DNA from: Eledone cirrhosa | Taxonomy: Eukaryota | Reading direction: 5' to 3' | Length of the DNA stretch: 64,000 nucleotides | NCBI GenBank assembly: GCA_964016885.1 | Contig: OZ024740.1 | Span: forward strand, 245,272,001-245,336,000 | Translations under genes and position numbers: made by a program | The notes under the pieces: generated by a model | The model's database searches: none | Seen by the model: the letters and a program-made list of their open reading frames with translations, nothing else | What the model was told of the DNA's origin: nothing | Shown here: in pieces, positions 26,738 through 40,266 of the stretch | Numbering within the stretch: position 1 is the stretch's first letter | Layout: each line of letters begins with the position of its first letter

Positions 26738-27200
26738 AAAGAAATTAGAACACAATAGGCCTGACCTGGTGGTTTTGGACAAGGAAAAAAGATCGTGCCT
26801 GATTGTAGATGTAGCCTGCCCATTTGACACGAGAGTGCAAGACAGGGAGAGGGAGAAAATTAACCGATACCAGGACTTAAAGTGGGAGTTGAAAAGGATT
26901 TGGAACTGCCATGAAGTCAAAGTCGTCCCGATTGTCATAGGTGCACTAGGTACTATCTCAAAGAGTTTACAAGGTACTATCTCAAAGAGTTTACAAGGTA
27001 CTATCTCAAAGAGTTTACAAGGTACTATCTCAAAGAGTTTACAAGCCCCGCTTTTTGGAACACTTCAAAAGGCATGCTTGCTGGGAACAGCAAGAACCCT
27101 CCGATAAGTCCTGAATATGTGAGGCTGCACTTAGCGGCTTGATATTCATTTCAACAAACTTTCCAGTTAAATAACATCAATGACTGAGACTCAAAGAATA
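26738..27200 (+). mobile_element. R4/Dong-like non-LTR element 3' fragment (restriction-like endonuclease)
   Basis: HNRPDLVVLDK..IVDVACPFD..EKINRYQDL..VVPIVIGALG; (AAT)n on both sides. Confidence 0.85.
26948..27043 (+). repeat. 4 x 24-bp perfect tandem repeat
   Basis: aggtactatctcaaagagtttaca x4 (GTISKSLQ). Confidence 0.95.
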
Positions 27201-27327
27201 ATAATAATAATAAATAAATAAATAAATAAATATTCGATTCGTTTGCAATTAGGCAAACAGCCACTATTTTAAAGCCATGTCAGTAGAATGAGCCCCTTAT
27301 TCTTGCTCTTGTGTTGGTATGTAAACA

Positions 27328-27377
27328 GAACTGCAGACGTTAATGTTTCTGGGTATCACCCTTCATCAGTACAGTTC
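27328..27377 (-). ncRNA. Type I hammerhead (family C copy 1)
   Basis: gaactgta-CTGATGA-agggtgataccca-GAAAC-attaac-GTC-tgcagttc; 8-bp stem I, GUC site. Confidence 0.85.
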
Positions 27378-27768
27378 AATGTTCACCTGCCAACTGTCAG
27401 AGCTAGTGAAAATATATATTTTCTAAAATATACAGTGACTGATCGGCCTGATTTTCACGTCAGCAGACTGGCTGATCAGTCAGATCTGCATATTAGCAGA
27501 TCCACTGATCGGCCAGATTTGCATATCAACAAACTGGCCAGTCAGTTTCCTGTATACGAGTGATCAATGGCCGGCTTTGTCATATTCAAATAAATAAATA
27601 AATAAATGATCGCTCTACATGGCTGAATACAATAAATGTAATCTGAGTTTTTCGAATATTAATAACAATATTCGATTCGTTTGCAATTATGTAAACAGCC
27701 TCTTTTTAAAGCCATGCCAGTAGAATGAGCCCCTCATTCTTGCTGTTGTGTTGGTATGTAAACAAACA

Positions 27769-27818
27769 GAACTGCAGACACTAATGTTTCTGGGTATCAC
27801 CCTTCATCAGTACAGCTC
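27769..27818 (-). ncRNA. Type I hammerhead (family C copy 2)
   Basis: gagctgta-CTGATGA-agggtgataccca-GAAACA-ttag-TGTC-tgcagttc. Confidence 0.85.
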
Positions 27819-28204
27819 ACTGTTCACCTGCCAACTGTCAGAGCTAGTGGAAATATATGATATTTTCTAATCGCTCCAAGGTGGAGAGTCCCGGTGTGTC
27901 ATGGATGTTGTTATGTGTATGCAGATGAAGTGTATTGTTGCTTCTGTCTGTGTGTGTGTGTGTATGTGTATATCCTTGCGTCTGTAGCTTTTTTGTATTG
28001 TTTGTGTGTGCGTGAATGTGTACGTTTGTTTGTGTGCGTGTGCGTATACACTTGTGGGTCTATGAATTATTTATGTTTATGCATGGGTATGCGTGTATAT
28101 GTCCGTTTATGAGCCTGTGTGTGTAAGCGAATATACACGTGTGTCTAAAAACGTTTAATGTTTTTGTGTGTGTCTGTATATCCAGACACACACACATAAA
28201 TGCT

Positions 28205-28259
<55 letters not shown>

Positions 28260-28726
28260 CCATACATAAACACACACACACACACATACGCGTGTACACA
28301 TACAAACAAAAATGTATATATTGATCTCAGCTTGTGAAAAATAGATCACAACTTAGATGATTTTGTTCAAAAAGAGGAGTGATGACTGTATTGTCATACA
28401 TTCAGAAGTGTAGAGAAGTGGGTTTTCCAGGTTTTCAGTCTGTCATTGCCTTGGATAAAAGTGACTCTAGACTTTTTCCCAGAAAGCTTACACACAATAT
28501 GATAGTCTTCCCCCACGGGGTGAGATGTGTTGAACGCCTAGCAATCCTTGCTGTTATTACGCCATCTTTTGCGTTTGAGACAAAAGTCAATTTGAATTAA
28601 GTCACTTTTTGGGAATCTCAACTTCTTTCTAGGTTTTTGGAAGGAGATATTACCAATATCGTTAAGGTTGACAAAATCGAGAAAATATTCACAGCTAGTA
28701 TTGGTCAGAATGTGATATGAGAAATG

Positions 28727-28885
28727 ACCCAGTACAACCTGTCACATAGTCGAATCGTCGGCGACTAAACCGACAACCCTGCCAGGCTTTCTTGGTGAGG
28801 AGGGTGATGTTTGGGTATCCTGCGGGATGAAAAACAAAACCCGTCAAAAGAACAGAGGAACTCGTAAGAGTCAATGTCCATCCAA
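28727..28885 (+). mobile_element. RTE-type 5' UTR fragment
   Basis: Diverged homologue of 10531-10685. Confidence 0.65.
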
Positions 28886-29139
28886 TAGTGTATATGTATA
28901 TAAGTGAATGTGTGTATGTGTACGTCTGTAGGTGTGTGTATATAACTTTAAACCTTTCTACTTTTTTAACTTCTATTGTTTTTAATTTTATATAACTTTT
29001 TTATATATTATATATATGACTAAAATAATCACCTCAATTAAGAAAAATCCTCGAGTTAGGGTCACAGTGATGTCATGAGAAGCAGCATGGCAGATATGAT
29101 GTTCGGCGTTTGATCTTCATTCGACGTATGACCTTCATT

Positions 29140-29826
29140 CGGGGAAACTACACGATGCGGTCGGGGTAACTGCACGATAGAAGAGCCTCTTCAGCCAACG
29201 GCCAGTCTAGGGTCAATCAATCCAGTTAGCGGATTACTGCCAGTTGATAGAACTGGCGACTTATCAACTCATTTTAGCTACTTGAAAACATTGTGGAGTT
29301 CTTAAACAGCACCACAGTTAAAGCCCGGTTTTCTCTGCCCAATACCAGAAACTCACCTTTCTTTGGGTTAGATGAAGCTTATTCTGCATTTAATGACGGT
29401 CGTATTCCACATATTTCAAAACCCTCAGCTACATTCATCGTGTCTACACTTAACTGCATATCACTCTCAAGCATCTCATCAAAAACAAAACTGGATAAAC
29501 TCATAAACAGCTTTAACATCATGCCTCCAAGAACATCGATTAAAGCACACTCAAGATTCTCCAGATATTATTGATCATGGTCTTCGTAGAAATACCATGT
29601 TCACATCTTCAGCCACCACAAACATCCAAGGTGCAGCCACTGGTAGAGTTGGAATTGTCGTAAGATCTTCATTGTTACTCTTAGGTATATCAGTTCGTAA
29701 AGTCAACGGTCGAACTATTTTAATGGAAATCAAAGAGAATCCCAAAACCTATGTTATCTCAGGCTATTCTCCTCAGAGTAGCTGTCCAGTCTCAGAAATT
29801 GAAGAGTTTTATCATAATCTAACTAT
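29140..29826 (+). pseudogene. LINE (RTE/RTE-X-like) APE endonuclease N-terminal remnant
   Basis: GAATGRVGIVV..GRTILMEI..TYVISGYSP..EIEEFY. Confidence 0.65.
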
Positions 29827-29842
29827 CTATTATCTCTCTCTC

Positions 29843-29951
<109 letters not shown>

Positions 29952-30194
29952 GTGTGTGTGTGTTGCAGTTATAGTATCATTTATAATCTCGCTTGCACAC
30001 ATTACACACTCATTGAAGTTGGAATGAACAAAACCTCTCACAGACTACTAACCAAGTGTATGTTTGCATATGGCAAACATACACTTGGTGTGTACCTTAT
30101 TCTGTCTGGACCTATGATTCTGAAAATGCAGTAAGTAACGACAAGTGCAACTGCAACTTGTCGTAAACTTCATTGACTTCATCAGCAGACAATA

Positions 30195-30822
30195 AGTTTC
30201 AAGCTTATTAGCTATCGTCAGTATCGTATACCTTTCTGTCAGATGATTGAACGTTTGAAAATATATACTTTCTTTATGCATATTAACGGCTGAGCAGCCT
30301 AATTTGCATATCGAGTACGTATACATACTTATATTTAGGTATCAGCCGTACTAAGAGTGAGAAATGAAATTTCGTTTCATTCTTTTCCATTTATCGTTTT
30401 CGGTGCGCCCAGCCGTCTAACTCACTCGATATGCAAATTAGGCTGCTCAGCCGTTAATATACATAAGGAAAGTATATACTTTCAAACGTTCAATCATCTG
30501 ACAGGAAGGTATACGATGCTGACGATAGCTAATAAGCTTGAAACTAGTACATCGTTCCTGTGTCAGTGTTGAACAAAAGGGCTGAAAATGGTTGCCGAGT
30601 ACTGTACGGTGTAATTCGGGCTGTTTATTTACAAACAAACCGAACATTATAATAAATGTTCGGTAAATCCATACGTACATATATATATATATGTGTGCAT
30701 GTATGTATATATATACATACTACTGTACGTCTGTACACATATATGTATGTACGTATACATACTTATATTTAGGTATCAGCCGTACTAAGAGTGAGAAATT
30801 AAATTTCGTTTCATTCTTTTCC

Positions 30823-30825
<3 letters not shown>
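30195..30825 (+). mobile_element. Family A: 434-bp unit with ~75-bp terminal direct repeat and upstream inverted partial copy
   Basis: ~30315-30391 is repeated at ~30749-30825; 30195-30315 is the reverse complement of 30425-30545. Confidence 0.85.
30513..30555 (+). ncRNA. Minimal type I hammerhead (family A)
   Basis: acgatg-CTGACGA-tagctaataagctt-GAAAC-TA-GTA-catcgt. Confidence 0.85.
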
Positions 30826-30857
<32 letters not shown>

Positions 30858-31329
30858 ATGACACTACTAGGGTTTGCCTCACCCAGTGCGGTAACCATTG
30901 TATCACCTCTCTGTGAGTCTCCTCCCATACCAGACCATACAGAATACTTTAGCAATGTTTTGTGTACTAATGTTACTTGTAAATTAAAGCCCACATATAT
31001 CACTAAAGGCTGTGATACAACCAATTAATTAAATTAAATTTGCACTTTGAATTTACAATACCATACACACAGCTGAACATTCTTTACATAGTTTCATGTG
31101 ACTTACTTGAAAAATCGTTAAGATAACAATAGAAATCGAAGTAGAAACATTTAAGAAAGCGATTGATAATATAAGAAGCTACCTATGAATAATACTGGTG
31201 TGTGTAAGAATATATTTGTATGTATATGGCGAATGCCTAAGAACAATACAAAAATATAAGAAAGAATACCCAATGATCAATTTTAATATGAATCCTGGCA
31301 ATGTGAGAGAGCGCTCTCTAACTTACAGA

Positions 31330-31810
31330 ACCCTAGGTGCAAGCCGTTGTGGGTTCACTGTGAACGCTTTCGGCCTTTACCCATTGTCATGCCGTCGCAG
31401 TACCGGTCGCTTCCCATGCCATGCCACTCTCAACGAAATCATTAAGCATGGTTTGGACGCCGCCGGTTTCTCTTTGCAGCTGAAGCTGGTGGGGTTGGGC
31501 CTAGGAGACGGCAAAAGGCCAGATGGTATCAATATTTCTCGTGCAGCAGCGGAAAGCGCTTTATCTGGGATGTAGCATGCAGCGACAGATTTCGTTGCCA
31601 AACAAGACGAAGATCGCAGAGTATCGGCCACTTTTCGGCAGGTTTGGCGTTGAACCTTTGGCCATGGAGACTTTTGGCATTCTTGGTCTTCGTACCACCT
31701 CATTATTCACTGCTATCGGGGTGGAGCTGGCCATCTGCGGGAGTGAGTTCCGCCAACTGGAATGGTTATTTCAACACGTCTCTCTAGCTATACTCTGGAC
31801 AACGCGGTTA
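31330..31810 (+). pseudogene. CRE-clade non-LTR RLE fragment
   Basis: LSCRRSTGRFPCHATLNEII..DGKRPDGI..IWD..EPLAMETFG across frameshifts. Confidence 0.7.
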
Positions 31811-33170
31811 GGTAGGACCACGTGGCGGCTTCCGACTGGGGTTTTCTACACTAGAAATCATTCACCCACTCCGTCCAGGCTTATATCATTGGGGTAGCGA
31901 CGATTGAGTGTAGGTTTTTAGATTGAGTATAGGTTTTTGTAGTCTCGCACTCACACACACACCCTATATATATACTAACATTTAAGAAATAGATCACAAT
32001 GTTGATTTACATGTTGAACTAAGTTTTATATATCACGTGTTTACAAAACAAAACACATTTGACTATTGTAAATAAATGTCATTGAAAATTACAGTTTTCA
32101 CAGCCTTTCCTAAAGAATATTGATCTCGAATTGATTTTCGTGAGCTTTACAGTTAAAAAGGTGATGGATTTGCAGAATCATTGGAGCGCCGGGCCGGACA
32201 AAATGTTACACGGCATTTAGTTACGGCCTTTTACGTTCTGAGTTCAAATCCCGCTGCAGTCAACTTTGCTTTTCATATTTCTGGGGGCAATAAAATAGAA
32301 TAGTAGTCAAGTAGTGAAGTTAATGTATTGTCTTCCACACAACCCGAATTACTGGCCTTGTGCCTAAATTAGAAACCGTTATCTTTAAAGTTAAAATAAT
32401 TTCGAACTTTATTTTTTAAATAATCAATTGCTCCATTTATCACTATTATATTCTAAATTAAATTCATTTTATAATGACATTGATGTGTATCCTTTGCTTA
32501 TTTCTTCGAGACAGTAGCGAGTAATTTGAATGAGATTTCACAGCTCGTATTTCTCACAGATTAAGTGGCCCTATAGAAACTCTTTCGTTGTTTCAATATA
32601 TTATGTATAGTTATTGTTGTTGTTTTTAGACTAGGTCGTCTCTGACAGTAAACATCATCAATGATGTTCCGGCTGTACTATCGTTTCTTTTTAATTATTG
32701 TCCAACGTTATTAAAGACGGGGGTATAATTTGGGTAAGATTTGGCTGCTATTTCTAGCTGATCGAATGACCAGACAGAAGCTTCACACCAGCCCCAGGTT
32801 AGCTGTGACTAACCAAACTATGATCAAAAGCCACCCAGTCGTAACCATGCCGTCATATTCTTTTCGGGCATTGAACTACATTATCAAACCTGTTATTCAT
32901 ATTTTTAAGACTGTAGGGTGCAATTTGAGAATGATTAGCTACTATTTTATGCTGGTCGATGACCACACTGAGGCTCCCACGTTGTTTCCTAGTCTAAAGC
33001 ATTCCAGTCGAGACGACCCCATCTCATTATTTTCAAGCAGTGAACTAACTCTAATATCCAATTTGCCCATTTTAAAGATAGTAATTTAAGAGATATCGAT
33101 TACTATTTCAAACATGTTGAAGTTTGTAAAGATACGTAGGGAGAAACCTGAAGTAATGAATTGTAAACTA

Positions 33171-33384
33171 CGACGGTCCGCTGAAAAATTTATAGGCTGG
33201 AAAGTTCATACGTTGACCAAGATACTCTCATGGAATGACCAAATGGGGTTTATTTTTCAACATAGTACCTGGAAAACAACAATGCAGTTATTAATAAGAA
33301 GAATGAGACTTAATGCATGCAAGATTTCACAGTTCTAGCACCACTCCTTCATAGTCAGCGCATGAACTTTTCAGCCGACCCTAG
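33171..33384. mobile_element. Mariner-type MITE
   Basis: TA-flanked imperfect TIRs; reverse-orientation relative of 15697-15905. Confidence 0.72.
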
Positions 33385-34406
33385 TATAGTCGTATGAGCC
33401 GAAGTCCTTCCTTTTCTTAAGATAGTGGATCGCAATTTGAGAGGGATTGGCTGCTATTTCTAGTATGTTCCATCGAAATAAATATCAAATTTCTTCATAT
33501 TTATTGACATGGCAGTTCCAAAAGAAGCAATAAAAGTGTGTATAATACATTGTACACGTCTTGGCAAAAAATAAAAAAATGGTTTCCACTTTTGGAGTGT
33601 AGGAAAATTGAAATTGTGACCATTTTCGTATGAAAGAAAATTGTTGACTTTTCTCATGGGTTTTACTCATACAAAACAACAACAACAAAGCAAATGATTA
33701 TTAATAGCTTGATATATTTTCAGGCATTCAATGTAAAAAGATATTTTGAAACCGTGGGAAAAAAGTTTGAAAACTTATATCAAACGTTTCTTGCGATATT
33801 TTCACCTCCTGCAGTTGTATATTCTCCCGCACATTAATATCAGCAGAATCAGTAGAGTACCGGAGAAATTAAATGCTTTATGACATTTAGTTACGTATCT
33901 TTACATACTCAGCTCATATCTCGCCAAGGTCAACTTTACCTTTCGTTCCACTGGGGTCGATAAAATAAAGAACCTGTCAAGTACTGGGGTCGATATAAAA
34001 ACGTGCAGTCAAGTATGAGAGTCGATTTAATCAATTCTATCTTTACTTCACAAGTTATTTAGTTGCGGACCTTTACGTTCTCAGTTCAAACCCTGCGAAG
34101 GTCAACTTTTCTTTCATATTTCCGAGGTCGATGTAATAGTGTATATCCTAAGCTAAATTTGTGGCTTTGTCGTTCTTCCTTAGCGAATCGACAGAGTGAG
34201 GGAAAAGGATTGTTGTAGCCACGATGTGAAAGTTCCTTTCTTGGTACCTTCAACGTAGTCACTTCAGGAATAGAGAAATGGGTGAAACGAACTCAGTACT
34301 TGACCGGTACTTTATTTATCAACACCATATATTGTTGCCTGGATGTGGGGGTTGTAATCACAAAAGGAAGAGCCCTCAAGATGTAAAAATAGAAGTAAAT
34401 ACACTA

Positions 34407-34581
34407 TATTATATAGACTACATGGCAAACTGGCGTATATCTTCTTAGGTACTCGGAGTTTCCCGAAACAAGCTAATGTTACTTCGTTCGCTCGGTTGCT
34501 GATGAACAAAGTAACATCAAGTTGCTTCAGGAAACTCCGAGTACCTGGGAAGGTATACACCAGTTTGCCATGTATTTTATA

Positions 34582-34588
<7 letters not shown>
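34407..34588. repeat. Foldback element (~85-bp arms)
   Basis: tacatggcaaactgg..gtactcggagtttcc pairs with ggaaactccgagtac..ccagtttgccatgta. Confidence 0.9.
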
Positions 34589-34630
<42 letters not shown>

Positions 34631-34928
34631 GAAAAGTATAGAGATTATTGTAGCAAGAAGCCAAAAGTATTCCATAATATATATGGATGGAACAGCAACA
34701 TCACAACTTACAACTAAGGACAAAATGAAAACACACACACACATAGAACAAACAACAAACCAGTAACATGTAAATAAAAAAATAAATAAACAAATAAATA
34801 AACAAATATAAACACACACAGACACCCGGATGTAACACATGCGCAAACTAAGCACACAACACACACAAAAACAAGATGGCGTAGGACAGAACAAAGGAGA
34901 GGCACAAAAACAAAGAAAAGAATCCCCA

Positions 34929-34971
34929 GTCACTGAAGAGGTCACAGAATGTGTGACGAAAGAACTTTGAC
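34929..34971 (+). ncRNA. Minimal type I hammerhead
   Basis: gtca-CTGAAGA-g-gtcaca-gaatg-tgtgac-GAAAG-AA-CTT-tgac; CUU site, near-palindromic stem III. Confidence 0.7.
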
Positions 34972-35179
34972 AATATATGAACAATCGTCTGGTTGTGGAA
35001 CCAACCAACCAACCGGAAATTTATAAATTCCTAAATTTATAAATTTAATTTATAATAAATTGAAGTGAAAGCAACTGGTACGTGTGTTTCTTATTGGCAA
35101 CATGACCCTCCCAAAGTATAACAATATAGATTTCAACACGTTTTCAGATAAAGAATCTTGCTAAACAAATTCAGAAACG

Positions 35180-35226
<47 letters not shown>

Positions 35227-35345
35227 CATATATATATATACATATGTATGTGTGTATGGGTGTGTATATGTATGTGCATGTGTATGTGTATGTGTGTATA
35301 TGTATGTGTATGTGAGTGTGTATATGTATATGTATGTGTATGTGT

Positions 35346-35404
<59 letters not shown>

Positions 35405-35406
35405 TA

Positions 35407-35446
<40 letters not shown>

Positions 35447-35457
35447 CATACAGCATA

Positions 35458-36417
35458 CAGAGTGAGTGTAAAGTCTATCCTTAGTTTTAATTAAAAAAAT
35501 AATCATAACAAAAAACTTCCAAACAAACTGTAATTGTTTTTAAATAACCTGATACAAAGTTTCTAACAGTGTTAAGGAAAATGTTCAAAATGATCACTTT
35601 CCATCGATATGTACATATCAAGTCTTTTCACAAAATTGTCGAATGCAGCTTCAAGATGTTTTTTGTTTGTTTTTTGTTTTTATTGTTGTTTTTTGTTTTC
35701 GTTTTTTTTTTTCTTTTTGTTTGTTTTTGTTATTTTGGTAAATGCAGTTGATATAGCCTTTTTCAGTTCTTCAACAGTTTTCGGTGAGGAAGCTTGCACA
35801 ATAGATTTAATATGTCCAAAAAAATCCATTGGGGTAAGATATGGGGATCTTGGTGCCCAATGAATTGGGCCATTATTACTTATCCATCCAGTTGTTGCAC
35901 ATTTGGTGATAGTTTATATGGCTTCGTGCCAATATGGTATTTTAAATTATCACGAATAGTTAAATAAGGAATATCAAGCTGACTTGATGTCTGTCTCAGA
36001 GATGCTGGTGGTGCTTTTCTAAAAGTTTCTTCAATCTGCTTTATCTTGTCTTCATCCAAACTGGGTCATCCACTCCTGTTAAGATCATTTAATGATCCTG
36101 TTTATCTGAATTTTACAAAGCAAGCTCGTATTGTTTTGCGTGAAGGGGCTGGTAATTTGAGCTGAGTTGACCATTTTCGATGATCAACAGTTACAAACTT
36201 GTACTCTGCCATCAAGAAAACAATTGAAATTCTTCCTTCAGTTGACATTTTTTGTTCAGTTCACTACTCGTATAATAATGAAAATTAAATCATTATTTGT
36301 TTACGCAGAAACATTTATTTAATTGGTGAATATTTCTGACCAATCAAATTTCAATATAGATGACGTATGTCATATTTGCCTTAAAAGTAAGCTCGGGGGG
36401 TATTTCCACTCACCCTG
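35458..36417 (-). mobile_element. Internally deleted Tc1/mariner-superfamily transposon
   Basis: TA-flanked TIRs cagagtgagtgtaaa / tttccactcaccctg; minus-strand remnants WAPRSPYLTPMDFF-GHIK and HTH-like PSRKTIR..KFR*TGSL. Confidence 0.8.
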
Positions 36418-36437
36418 TATATATATATATATAAATT

Positions 36438-37122
36438 TTAGTACAGCATTAACGAAGCTTTAGAACACGGCCAAGCTAACGAATGCAGAATCGGCCTGTA
36501 GCTTTAGCACTCAGATGGGGGAAAAGAACCCCAGAGTAATAACAATACGTTCAGACAGCTTAGCAAATCAGATATAGCGGTCGGCAGTCCAGCCGCATCA
36601 CTAGAGCAACGAAAATATAGGACCCAGGAAAAGATTTTATACTGACCCGGACAGAGTGGTGAGGCTGAATGCAAAATATATAATGTACATCGTATATCAC
36701 CCAATATACATCACATACAGCACCCAACATCAGCGCTAAGTTTCTGGAAATCCAAGATCGACAAATTCCGATTGCAGGAGTCTGCAATGTAGGATTTCCT
36801 TCTCCAGCAAGTCTTTCGTTCTTAGCCTGAGCGGGCATATTGTAGCTTTAAATTTCGCCACAGACACGTGGTTTTCTCCAAGGGAGGTAACCCCCGCTTA
36901 GGCGGTGAATTCTAATTTGAGATAAAGGAATGAATCCCTTTAGACAAACCGAATTAAGCACTCAACCAGAAGTTATCAAACAAACATAAACAATTAATCA
37001 ATCAATAGAATCATCTAATTAAATTAATCAGTTAATCGTTAATTCTAGGAGTAAATACAAATGTTAGTACAGCATTAACGAAGCTTTAGAATACGGCCAA
37101 GCTAACGAATGCAGAATCGGTC
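36438..37122. repeat. 626-bp unit with ~58-bp terminal direct repeat
   Basis: ttagtacagcattaacgaagctttagaa..gccaagctaacgaatgcagaatcgg at 36438 and 37064. Confidence 0.8.
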
Positions 37123-37467
37123 TATATGTATGTGTGTGTTAAGTATTTTCGTAGAAAGGAAAGAGCAATGCTCTATGCATTGTACAGAGATATCTATTTA
37201 TGTAGTTATATATAGGTGGTGCTATTAAGTTAGACATGGCCTGGGCCAATACTGGCCGAAACCTATCAAAGTTATCAAAGTATATATATATGTATATATA
37301 TAATTCAAATATAAAAGATATATATTTACACAACACGAAATAGCGCTATAGGGAGCTTTTTTTTAATTCTATCTAGAGTGCATATTTTTCTGTGAAATAT
37401 GTGCTCTGTATATATACAATATATTGTGTTTCCTCTTGGATATATGGTCCTTTGTCTTCTCTCTCTC

Positions 37468-37800
<333 letters not shown>

Positions 37801-37899
37801 TTTACATATATCTTATACACTTGAATTATTATGGCTCTGGATAAAATCTATCGAAGCACAAAAATCAAACATATTTGTTATGTTTTGATTCTTCACATT

Positions 37900-37943
<44 letters not shown>

Positions 37944-38084
37944 CTGTCAATACTCATCTTTTTCCATTACTTAGGGGTTCTAAACCCCACTATCAGGTTA
38001 AAATTTCTTTTAGTCGAAAATACGGCGACAGCTTCTATTTCTAATTTTAATTTCGCTCTCTGTTTCAAAAAGGTACTTACTTGG

Positions 38085-38189
<105 letters not shown>

Positions 38190-38804
38190 CTAGCTAGCCC
38201 GGCTAGCTATACCGGCATTTTACTTTTTCGGGATCCCCCCCCTCCACTCCTGTGCAAAGATACCGCACGCCCTCTCAAGTCAGCGAGTGGGAGGGGGTGG
38301 GGGTTTAACGTGCTCTGATGTTGGGTTTGAATAGTTTTTTCGGATTCCCCAGTTACAACAATAAAGGCTGAACAGAGAACACATTTTTTAACAAACTTTA
38401 CAATAATTTGTACAACCATAATGGAAATTCCAAGTAACAGAAAATACATAAATTACATTGTTAGAGCCTCAAAGTATACAATATTTTTTGTTCGGCCCTC
38501 GGGAGCAAAGATGAAGAGATTGTTTGGCGAGCTCACCCTAGAGCACAGGTTCTCAACCTATTTAGGCCAAACGCCCCCTTTTGTCCCTCGAAATCTCGAA
38601 ACGTCACCCCCCTCGCCACCCTATTTTTTCACTTTTTCAATATACTACTGATTTTTATATCAGTAGATTACTAAAAGATTGATTAACAATATTCCAAACA
38701 TGTGTGTATTATCTGCTTATGTGTTGTATGTGGTCCTAGATGTGTGTTCTACTCGCTTCTGTTTTTTTTCTTTTCTTTTTTTATTTGTAATATTATTTAT
38801 ACAA

Positions 38805-39741
38805 TCTATATATATAAAACTGTGGTTGTCTGTCTGTCTATCGATTTTTGGCACACATCTCCTCTTAGAATCTCTCACGGAATTGCACCGAAATTGCTAT
38901 ACTTGTACATTGAGCCCTAGCGAAGACATCGGAAAAAAAATAATTTCAAATTGACCCACCCTATGTGACGAAATCGAATATAATGTATCGATTTTTGAGC
39001 GTAAGTTATCAGTTATTTCCCTTTGTTCTGTTTACATTGAGCGTCTTACGTAAAAAATTACGCTGGCTTTCTCAGCGTTTAAAATGACATTAACACAATA
39101 CACGAACACTAAGCTTCCGTTTTGCTTCATTTCCATTTAAAAGCATTTTAAAACAATATTTTTACTTGAAAACAAGTCTATTTAAAGACTACGTAAAACA
39201 AGCAAATATTTCGTCGTTAGGCGTGCAGACAGACAGTCGTGCAGACAGACAGTCGTGCAGAGAGGTGATATACGCGTGCAGACAGACAGTCGTGCAGAGA
39301 GGTGATATAGGCGTGCAGACAGACAGTCGTGCAGAGAGGTGATATAGGCGTGCAGACAGACAGTCGTGCAGAGAGGTGATATAGGCGTGCAGACAGACAG
39401 TCGTGCAGAGAGGTGATATAGGCGTGCAGACAGACATAACTGATAATTTGGTTACGCTAATGTTTTTCTCTGCGTTGCAGTGTTTACATTTTCGATCTTT
39501 GTTAATAAATAACCAGTGCAGTTTCTATCCCCAGCATCCTCTTTTGTTATAACATTCGGGTTATCGTTATGTTTTCTTAACTTCATAAGGCATATTGTTG
39601 GTTGAGGGAATATTAATCAAAAACACCACATGCAAGTCTGCACCGTAGACACTACAGTTTTTAAGCCAAAAAAGAAACTTAACATTGTAACTTTAACACA
39701 GCTACTGAGCGACCCCGAGCAACGCCGGGCTTTACTGCTAG
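38805..39741 (+). mobile_element. Complete non-autonomous Helitron with internal 37-bp minisatellite
   Basis: A|TC start, (TGTC)n, 3' hairpin cccgagcaacgccggg, CTAG|T end; unit aggcgtgcagacagacagtcgtgcagagaggtgatat ~5.5x at 39219-39435. Confidence 0.85.
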
Positions 39742-39861
39742 TAGGGAATAAAATAGATCTACATAGTGTTAACTCGTTGCGGTTGAGTCAATAATTTCAG
39801 ACATGATTCTAACTGTCTGCGCTCAAAGTGTCTTTGACCCAGTTGACTGTGGTTTTTTTCA

Positions 39862-40024
39862 TTTTTAGGATCTCAATTACCGGTTAACGTCTCAATTACC
39901 GGACATGCCTGCACGCCTGCTCACAGCTGCAGACAGCATAACTATAGTCTGACCGCAGCTGTACGCAGGTGTTCATGCATGTCCGGTAATTGAGACGTTA
40001 ACCGATAATTAAGATCCTAAAAAA
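39862..40024. repeat. Foldback element (~75-bp arms)
   Basis: ggttaacgtctcaattaccggacatgc / gcatgtccggtaattgagacgttaacc. Confidence 0.9.
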
Positions 40025-40139
40025 GGGAAAAACCCAGCGCCCCCCTAACCCCCTCCCCCAGCTCCAAACGCCCCCCCTAACGCGACCTTGCTCCCAAACG
40101 ACCCCTGGGGGTGCATATGCCCCCCGTTGAGAACCTTTT

Positions 40140-40258
40140 CCCTAGAACATCCTACATACAATTGACCATGGGAGAGGCATGGTTTTCCCAGATGAAGGCC
40201 AGCCACTTTTAGGGTTTGACCCTGAGCTTTGTTGATGGTAATCGCGAAGCTTAGTCTC
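40140..40258 (-). pseudogene. Helitron Pif1-type helicase C-terminal fragment
   Basis: RLSFAITINKAQGQTLKVAGLHLGKPCLSHGQLYVGCSR (helicase motifs V-VI). Confidence 0.88.
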
Positions 40259-40266
40259 TCTGTTGC

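Larger units (their letters stand above)
27228..27870 (-). mobile_element. Family C: ~440-bp non-coding unit in partial tandem with two HHRs
   Basis: ~27228-27425 is repeated at ~27667-27870; HHRs 441 nt apart. Confidence 0.85.

Noticed and set aside
37248-37265. ggcca-atac-tggcc-GAAAC
   Set aside because: No upstream CTGANGA.
39219-39435. 37-bp repeat array as a possible CRISPR
   Set aside because: No unique spacers; eukaryotic minisatellite inside a Helitron.
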